Below, piece after piece: positions 54,978 through 64,000 of a DNA stretch of 64,000 nt. A program made the translations under genes and the position numbers. Position 1 is the first letter of the stretch. Every line of letters begins with the position of its first letter. The notes beneath the pieces are model-generated. The model had not been told where the DNA came from and ran no database searches. It worked only from the letters and a program-made list of their open reading frames with translations. The DNA comes from Eledone cirrhosa. Taxonomy: Eukaryota. Where the stretch lies: the NCBI GenBank assembly GCA_964016885.1, contig OZ024742.1, forward strand, positions 253,084,001 through 253,148,000, given 5' to 3'.

Positions 54978-57900
54978 TTTCTTTATTAACCACAAGGGTT
55001 TACATAAAGTAGACATTAAAGACAGTGCAGGACAATACAGGACGGTACAAAGGGCATTTCTGCGTGTAAAAAACAAAAACAGAGGATGTAACAAAAAATA
55101 ACAATGAAAAATTCCCCAATAGGGGGAGACTTCGGAGGGACATTTGTGGAGAAAGCCCAGTAAAAGGCCACAATGACCCTGACCACCAAGGCAAGTGCCC
55201 TCTCACAGTTTTCCACCTTTAATTTACAGATATATACTCAGAGTAGGCCCATTCACTCGGGCCATTCTTGCTTCTCTCACCCATCTTTCAACAAAATGCT
55301 GGGAAGAGAGCACTTCCCTCTCTACTCTGATTTTCCTTTTCAAATGAAATTTGAAAAAGTCAATCAGAGCTGGGGAAAAGCGCGTCTGGCAAACAGCGAC
55401 CACACCTGTTCACAGTCAAGGAAGCACCAGAGATGTCGCAGCCTCAGCGCATGTTTGCCAGTGGCATGACAAGTCTTCCATGCAGCGGGTGTTGACAGCA
55501 AATGGATCGGCTGACCATCGGAGCACATCCCTTCCACAAAAAGTGGAAGAGAAGGCACTCCATTTTGGTCGGAGTTGGGCGGAAGCAAGGTACGACGGTC
55601 AGGCAGTAGCAGATGATGGACGCTTTGTACGCATTCGCCACCTCTGCCCGACCTTTCAAAGACAGCCCATTTCTGGGTGAGAGAGGCCACCCTGCCCGTC
55701 ACCTCACTCCAGGTTTTCTCCATGTGGAGGTCTGGACCGAACCAGACCCCGAGCAATTTAACCGGCCCTTCTGTCCAGCGCCCCACGACGCTGTCGGATG
55801 GCATGGACTTGCCTCTTTAGGTGCCAAGCTGCAAGCCCACCGACTTTTCCTGGTTTATCTTTGCTCCTGTCACTGCCTTGTATTCCTTGAGAGCGGTGCC
55901 AAGCATCTGGACGTGTTTGGTGCTTGATACCATCATGGTGACGTCGTCGGCGTAAGCTGAGATGGATCTCCTGCATCCCAGTTTGTGTGGGACCCCCTTC
56001 ATCGTCTCCAATATGTGCAGTAACGGTTCGAGGGCCAATACGTACAAGAGGGACGAGACGGGACAACCCTGGCGGACCGAGCGCATGATGCCGAACAGCT
56101 GCGACAGGTGACCATTCACCTTCACGATTGAGCAGATGTTGATGGGCATCGCAGCGATCAAGCCCCTAAAAACGGGGCCGAAGCCGGCCGCCTCGAGGTT
56201 CGCAGCCAGGTACCGATGGTCGACCCTATCAAATGCTTTAGATTGATCCGAGTTGATCAGGGCCCCACCCATGCCAGGGTCCTTAACCACCCGCTCTATG
56301 ATGTATCGCATGAGATGGAGGTTGTCGTGGATGGATCTGTCCGGAGTGGCACATGTCTGCTCCTCTCCCACCAGATCACCGACAACAAGTGCCAATCTCT
56401 TTGCTAACACCTTGGCCAAAATCTTAAACTCTGCGTTTAGCAGTGTTATGGGCCTGAAGTTGTCTACAACTTCCCCCTTGTTTGGGTCTTTTCTCAGCAG
56501 CGCCACCGCTCCCCGGCTCACAAAACTGGGAATGTTCCTGTTCTGCTGCCAGTTGCAGTAGAGAGGTCGCCGAACAAGTCTAGCATATACGCATAAAGCT
56601 CGTAGGGCAGACCATCCACACCTGGTGATTTACCCCTCGTGCATTCAGACATCGCTTCCCGTATTTTACCTGCTGTTATCGGCTTTTCACAGCACTGTGC
56701 TGTGGACGTCGAGAACCGCGGCAGTCCGTCGAGGTATGCACCAAAGTTCATACTCCGATCCGACCCGCCGCCGCTCCTGAACAATTGAGCAAAGTGCTGT
56801 TGAAAAGCCGCACACATCTGCTCGGGTCAGAGCAACATACGCCCGTTTTGATCAGGCAAAGACCAAATTGTGGACTTGTTGCCTCACGTCACACCTCCAC
56901 CACCTGGGCCCATTGAACAACTTTTGTCCCCTCGTGTCTTAGAGCACGCGCTCTAGCTTTGACAACGCAGCCGTCATGCTTTACGTTGAGGAATTGGTCG
57001 AGTACCAGTCTCGCGGCAAGCACGTCGGTTGCGATGCCTGTCCTAAACGCCTCTTCTAGTTTTCAAACTAACTCTGACTCTATCCTATTTTCCTTTATCA
57101 CTACTCCTTTGCTAAACCTTATCGATTCTACTCTAATAGCCCTTTTCAGGGTAAACCACCACCTGTTGTTGACGATTGCACCCGTCAACGTACGCTTAAC
57201 TAATTCGCTAATCCGGTCTCTGTAAGCTTTGCGCGCCGGGAACGACGCATTCAGCTTCCAGAAACTGGGCCCTTGCCTATGGCGTCTATCTAAGTCAACT
57301 TCACAGATCACAAATTTGTAGTCCGTGTAGTCGACTGCTTTAAATTATGGACAGCCTACACTAGCCTTATCTGTTTCCCTACAGAATACTCTATCTAAAT
57401 ACGATCTGGATGACCCGAAGATTGACACATTCGGATAATTCAGTCTATACCTTTCAGACAGTTCAAAACGTCTGAGCAGGTTGTTGAGGCTTTTACACCC
57501 CCTCCCCTGTCTATTAGCTTCACATAATCCCAGCGTGCATCTAAGATACCATTCCAGTCGCCCACTAACTCTAAATAGCGGGACGTTCCAAGAAAGATCT
57601 GGACGTCTGATGAAATCTGACCGTCTAGCCCCTGTTGGGGCGTAGACGGCTACTAGCCTGAAAGCATTGCCTTCGCTGCCGGTCATGTCCAGCACCACCG
57701 ACTTACCTTCTGAGTCCAGGAAGATGGCCCATATGGCGAGATCCAAGCCTCTCCGAAAAAGCACAGCAACTCTTCCCCCGATCCTGGACGGCTGGGAGAT
57801 GCGTATACATCGTAGCCGCCGAAGATCGGTGCGAAGGCTCGTGCTTCGGAGATTCTAGTGAATATGTTTAGTGACCTGAGGTTGTTGAGCAGGTGACCCT

Positions 57901-60507
57901 GCTTCCAAGATGACCCCAGGCCACGTATATTTATACTGTCTATTCTAAGTACGGCCATGTTGGATGAGGAACGGGGTAAGTGAGAAAGGATCATTTACTT
58001 GATCGTGTGGGGAAGGGACAGTAGAACCGTCCCTTTGGCTGGTCATGGGTGTCTCCAAGATGATATCTGTATAGATTCTCTTGGAGAGTGACCTCTTGAA
58101 ATTTTTGTTTTAATTGTTTGTAATCTTCGAGTTCAATTTCCACAATGTTAATGTTTTTTGGTAATGTTGTTGGTGTTGGTGGGGTGTGGTAATTTACGTT
58201 TGAAATATCGGTGTGCTGTTTTATATGTTCCATTAGTCCTTGGTGTGCAATGTCTATGGCTGTGCACTTTGGGTGTAGGAGGGGGGGGAGCAACTTTATC
58301 GGTCCGTCCATCCAGTACCCAACGACGCTGTTGGACAGCATGGACTTGCCTCTCTAGGTGCCAAGTTGCAAGCCCACCGACTTTTCCGGGTAAAGTTTTG
58401 CTATTGTCAACCTTTCATATTCTTCCAATAAATTGCCGACCACCTCAATTTCTGAGGTGTCCAACACCATCACAGTGATGTCGTCTGCATAGGCCGACAC
58501 AGCCTTTCCGCGTCCCGGTTTGAGCGGGATGCCCTGCAACAGCTCCAGCTTCCGCAGTAAAGGCTTGATAGTCAATATGTACAGAAGGGAAGAGAGAGGG
58601 CACCCTTGATGGACCGATCAGGAGATCTGAAACGGTTCCGAGAGGTGGCCATTAACTTTGACCACCGAGCAGATGCCGCTGTGCATTGCAGCGATCCAGC
58701 TTCTGAAGACAGGGCCGAAGCCAGCCGCCTTGAGGACAGCCTCCAGGTACCGATGGCTGACCCTATCGAATGCTTTCGATTGATCTAAATTGATCAGAGC
58801 CCCACCGAAGCCAGGTTTACACCCTACCCTCTCTATGATTGTCGTGTATGGACCTGGTTAGGATTGCGCAAGTTTGCGCCTCCCCAACCAAATTATCGAT
58901 GACAAGCGCCAACCGCTTCGCTCACACCTTGGCCAAAATCTTAAACTCTGTGTTGAGCAGAGCTAAGGGCCTGGAATTGTCTAATGTGTCCCTCTTGTTC
59001 TCGTCTTTCCTTATCAGCGTCACTACGCCCCGGCTCACAGAACTGGGAATACTCCCATTCTGCTGCCAGTTGCAGTAGAGGGCTTCGAGGAGATTGGAGA
59101 ACAAGTCTGGCTTATTTACGCAAGGCTCATAGGGCAGACCATCCAACTAAAACAGTGCGGATTTTGACTTCAGCCATCACGTTTTGGAGGCAGATCTGCT
59201 CCGGTATTTTCTTTATTTCTTCAGGTTTGATCTGGAGATACTTCTCCAGATCAACCCTGGACCAGTTCTCTCTTCCTGTCCTGGTTACCTCTATTGGGAC
59301 GGCATCTGACCCCTCCACAATCACGCATCCCAAGAGCCACCACATATCTAGTCCAGGTGGAATCCTGGGAATGCGGACTCTAATTGTTCTTTTTCCCATG
59401 TGGGAGGGGTACATAATAACCTTGCTGGTTTTGCAAGGTGTCGTTGAGTGCTTCAAAGTGAGGGCCTCCGACTTAAACAGCACCGAGATGGTGCCGTATT
59501 GTTGACCCCTCGCTACATACTCTGTATCTCCTAAAATGCACCTCAGCGCAGCCTCGACGTCTGCTTGGGGAGAGTTTGTGGCTCTTTTCATCTCAGCTGA
59601 GATGCATCTGAAGACCAGAGTTCTCTTCTCCACCGCTTCTATGGCCTCTGCCGCGACAGTTAAGTTGGCCCAGGTTTGCTCCTGTTTGATGAGCTTCCAT
59701 GCCTGGTCCAACTTTGTTTCCTTGTCTGTCAAGTCCATGTTGAAGCATGGCCCTTTCTTGGCTACTGCCGCAGCGAAAGTGTTCTTATTGCCGTTGGTGT
59801 CGTTGTTCTTGTTAGTATTGTTGCTGTTATCACTGTTACAGTTAGTTATATCTTTGGTGCTGCCGTTGTTGTTGTTCTCGGTGTAGTTGGTATTGGTGCT
59901 GTCGCTGTTTATGTTCTGGTTAGTGGTGTTAATTTCGTTGTTGTTTTCGTTGATATTGTTGTGGTTGTCACTGTTGTTGATATTGTTGTCTTTCTTTCTG
60001 TTGTTGGTGTTGTCATTATTGCAGTTGTCGTTGATTTTCCTGTCGTTGTTGCTGGTGTTGTCGTTTTTGTTCACGACTGGTTTTTTTTTTTTTACTGATT
60101 TTTGGTAATGTTGTTGTTGCTGCTGTTGTCATTTTTGTTCTCACTGTTGTTGGTGCTGGTGTTGGCCATATTGCCTGATGTGTTGTCACATTTTAAAATT
60201 GTTGTGGGAGGGGCAGCATTATTTGCCTCAAAGTTTGACTCACTGTCGCAAGACAGCAAACTCAAACTTAGGGGGCGTGGCTCCACCATGTTTTTTTTAT
60301 TTTTTTATAAAAACTTTTTTTTAAACACACAAAATTTAAATATTTGGGCCAAAAGACCCAAATATTATGGGGAGTCCTTTCTTTGGGGGCAAATACTAAA
60401 GTCTTATTTCTCGTTTGAAACAAAAATATTAATGACAAACGTATTTCAAATCGTAGAAAAAGCAAACTTATGAGCTCACGATAGTACGTCCATTCGCTTC
60501 AACGACC
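54976..60507 (-). mobile_element. Tx1/L1-clade LINE (ORF1 + APE/RT ORF2), decayed, with a second RT fragment at ~58283-59147; flanked by (AAT)n
   Basis: Asn-rich ORF1 ~59150-60289; ORF2 from ~57958: SINIRGL, AVYAP, FWKLN, KSPGVDGLP, RPITLLN, DQSKAFD, RQGCP, AYADD. Confidence 0.9.
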
Positions 60508-60545
<38 letters not shown>

Positions 60546-60546
<1 letters not shown>

Positions 60547-61125
60547 TTCTTTATTGGCCACACAGGGCTCATATTAAGGAAACATTAAAGATGGTACAGG
60601 ATGATACAGTGTATTTTTTTTGTGTGAAATAAAATTTATAACAGAGACTAAGAAAATAAACATTAAAAAAAACAAACATAAATTCTCCAAAGGTGAAGAG
60701 ACACCAAGGGTCACTCATGGAGAAATCCCACAAAAAGCCATAGTCCCCTGTCCGCTAAGGCAAAGTGCTCTCTCCCAGTTTTTCTCCTCCAATCTACAGA
60801 TGTATGCTCAAGGCAGGCCCATTCACACAGACCACACTCACCACTCTCACCCACCTTTCAACAAACTAGTAAAAAGGCAGCACTTCAATCTCTACCATCA
60901 TTTTCCTCTTCAAGTGAAACCTGAAAAAGTTAATCAGGGCTTTGTTGAAGAGGAAATTGGCTGTTTTCAACCCTTTCAAACGTGTCTACCACTTGACCTC
61001 TTTTGCCATGGCCACCAGGCAGATAAAAACTGCCTGTCCTTCTCTAAAGGCAGACAGTGGGGTGATCTTCACAATGGACTCAGTTGTTAGTCGGATCCAT
61101 CCTACATTGTGACAGCAGGTGTTCG
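60546..61125 (-). mobile_element. 3' end of a related Tx1 element
   Basis: (AAT)n-ttctttatt..aggg end and body are homologous to 54976-55375. Confidence 0.75.
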
Positions 61126-61129
61126 ACAA

Positions 61130-62645
61130 AAAAGTAAACCAATGTCATCTAAAAGAAATAATTAACAAAGTAGACAGTATACTTGACAAGGTGCCAACTA
61201 GAACTATCACAGAAACCAACAATCTAATCAGTGCTGAAAGTACCTAACTGCTAAAGAGTTAGGTCTGTAACAGACTACACAAAAGTAGGTCAAGGAACTA
61301 TGGTGGAGAAGGAGAATTTGAAGGGGGCATCAAAAGGCTTAGGAAAAATGTTAATATTCTGGAAAGAAAAAAACGAGGCGAATTAAGAAAAAAAGGAAAG
61401 ATTGAACAACTTACAGGGAAGTACAATATCTGGAAAAAGAAGATTACTATGGTAATTGAGGAGCTGAAACAAAAGGTACTTGCCAAAGCCTCAAAGATTA
61501 AGAGGTATGAATAACATATCACATAGTATAAACAGAATATACGTTTCCAACAAAATTAGAAGAGATTCTATCAAGGTAAATGGTTAGGAATGATGATGTA
61601 ATCCTTGATGCAGATGAAAGTAGGAAGTTTTGGAGTGATATCATCCTTATGTGGAAACTTATGACAGGTGCCATTACTGAGGCAATGTATGAGTACCTCG
61701 AGGAGTCACTACCTAAAGAGCAGAAGGGATGTAAGAGAAGAAGAAGGGGGACTAAGGATCAATTGTTGATTGATCAGGTGATCTTTAAAGATTGTAAAAA
61801 GACACACACAAATCTTGTCATGGCCTGGATCGATTACCACAAGGCTTATGACACATAGTTGGATAGTAGAATGTTTAGAAGTGTTTGGTATTGCAACTAA
61901 TGTTAGACAGTTTCTGGTGAGCAGTATGGATGGTTGGAAGACTTAGCTGACATCATGTAGACAGACATTGGGTGTTGTGATGATCAAAAGAGGAATATTT
62001 CAGGGAGACAGTCAAATGCTGGTTACGAGTGGGTAGGATGAGTTTAACATAAACCACCTGTTTAACATAAACCACCTGTTTAACCATGAGTTTAACATAA
62101 ACCACCTGTTCATAGATGACCTAAAGCTTTATAGGACATCCTATGAACATATTGATTCCCTTTGTACAGATAGTTCATACATTCAGTACTGACATAGTAA
62201 TTGAATTTGGCATAAAAAATGTGTGGGGTGCTACTACTGAAGTGAGGTAGAATTGGTAAGATGGAAGGAATTGTATTACCTGATGGACGAGTTATGAAGC
62301 AAATTGATGACAACAGGTATAAATACTTAGGTATCCTGGAAACAAACCAAATGAAAGAGAAGGAAATGAAAGAACTATTATCAAAGGAATATAAACGGAG
62401 ACTGAAGTTGGTGTTAAAGACGAAGGTAAGTGGTCGGAATAAGATACTGGCTATCAAAACATGGGCTGTTGCAGTGGTAAGGTATAGCACACCTCCTCTC
62501 TATAGATAGAGAGGAGGTGTGATGAAATTAAGGAGGGTAATAGAAAGACCAGGAAAATGATGATGCTCCAAGGGGCTCTACAACCCAAAGTGATGTGAAC
62601 AGGTTGTATCTATCTCAACAGAGAGGAGGAACAGATCTTATTAGA
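61130..62645 (+). mobile_element. R4/Dong-clade LINE fragments
   Basis: [50 protein letters not shown]; internal deletions. Confidence 0.85.
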
Positions 62646-62745
62646 ACATAAAGTAGTAATTAGGAAGTAGGAAAAATCCTTTAAACTCAAACCCAATTGA
62701 ATCTTTATTCTAAGCTGTTTTCTATATACACATTCACACATACAT

Positions 62746-62785
<40 letters not shown>

Positions 62786-64000
62786 TGGAGGATTAGCGTA
62801 AGTTTCCATCTGAAACCTTCTTCGAAGACAACCCTTCTAACTAACCACCCCACACCCCTACCTATCTCTAAAACCTTCTTCAACCTCACCCCATTACATT
62901 TACATCCAAAATACTGATCACCATAGCCCTCTTCTTCTTCTTCTTCTTCTTCTTCTTCTTCCTCCTCCCCCACTCCTCCTTCCTTCTCACCATCACCCTC
63001 CTCCTCATCACCTCTTTCTCCCTTCTCCCTACACCCCCCTCACCTCTTCCCCCTTCTTCTTCTTCTTCTTCTTCTTCTTCTTCTTCTTCTTCACATTATA
63101 ACTAATTTTATCTGCACATTATCTTTTGATGTACAAATAGCTTCTATTTCTTAAATTCCCCTTTGCATGTGTCTTGCAGCATTCTGTTCTTCTTGTAACT
63201 TTCTCATTTCATTATAACCAGCCGTAAAACATCCCCTTGAAACATCTAATGATGACAGTTGAGATCATTAATTTGCATTCTTTGTTTCTTTCTAAACAAT
63301 TCCAGGTTGTCTGCAGATGTTTGAAATGTTCCCAGAGGTTATTTTTTATTTTTATTTGCAACTAAATGTTATTTGGTCTGTATTTAATGTGCATGTTTGT
63401 CCATCTTGGCAGTTAAGGGATATTCCATCATGTAATGGTCTCTTTTCTTCTTTCAGAATATTTCTGTTTAATATTCTCTCTGTTTTCTCTAAGAATCGCT
63501 TGGTTTCACTGATGCCGCAGAAAGTCATCAATGCGTTATCATAGATTAGTGGTTTTAAGAAACTCTCTTGTTTCCAAATTGATCTTCCTACATAATGCTA
63601 TTTCTACATAATAAACTAACGATATTTCATTATTTCATAACCTGCATAACATTCAACATAACCTCCTCACATGTCTATATCTTGTAAACTGTACACGTCC
63701 AACAACACTTCCAGGCCACTTACTTTTTCTATCTCTTCAATGGTGGTGTCTCTCATTCGATCTTATGTGTTGTTATTCATACTATTTTTTTTTATTAATA
63801 CATGTCTGCTACTGCATATTAATTATCTAAAATTTCTCAGTCTTAACTCTTTGATACCAAACTGCCTGAAACCACTCCTGTTTCTATGGTACAAAGCTCT
63901 TTATTTCGAAGTGTATCTAAAAGATACTTCCCCCATAATCTTATGTAAGAACCTTTATGTTTTGTTCCCAATACAAACTTAATAATGACGAGGTTTGTCC

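Noticed and set aside
63100-64000. Purine-rich minus-strand coding-like relic
   Set aside because: Many stops and no identifiable motif; probably an old transposon but unassignable by eye.

Overview
AT-rich animal DNA saturated with microsatellites and retroelements. The SINE/LINE repertoire and the TA/TG/TATG repeats suggest a cephalopod such as octopus; this is inference. No host gene exon could be supported, and most ORFs in the track are microsatellite artefacts. The window is dominated by Penelope-like elements (PLEs). A very young, near-intact Naiad-type element (1281-10366) has one frameshift, three copies of a hammerhead ribozyme with an unusually long 116-nt stem II, and a ~3.9-kb microsatellite-rich 3' region that the element itself copies. 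Two more Naiad families, a Penelope/Poseidon-type element with a 1.3-kb inverted arm, another decayed PLE and a Neptune-like remnant are also present. Two of the PLEs show twin-priming-like 5' inversions. Other elements are RTE LINEs (one with three C2H2 fingers, sitting in (ATGT)n), Tx1/L1-clade LINEs in (AAT)n, a CRE/Tx1 chimera, an R4/Dong fragment, a solo LTR, piggyBac-like MITEs and tRNA-derived SINEs. There is also a 109-bp-arm hairpin and two minisatellites made of RFX X-box-like and forkhead motifs. Clade names come from motif recognition, not database searches.
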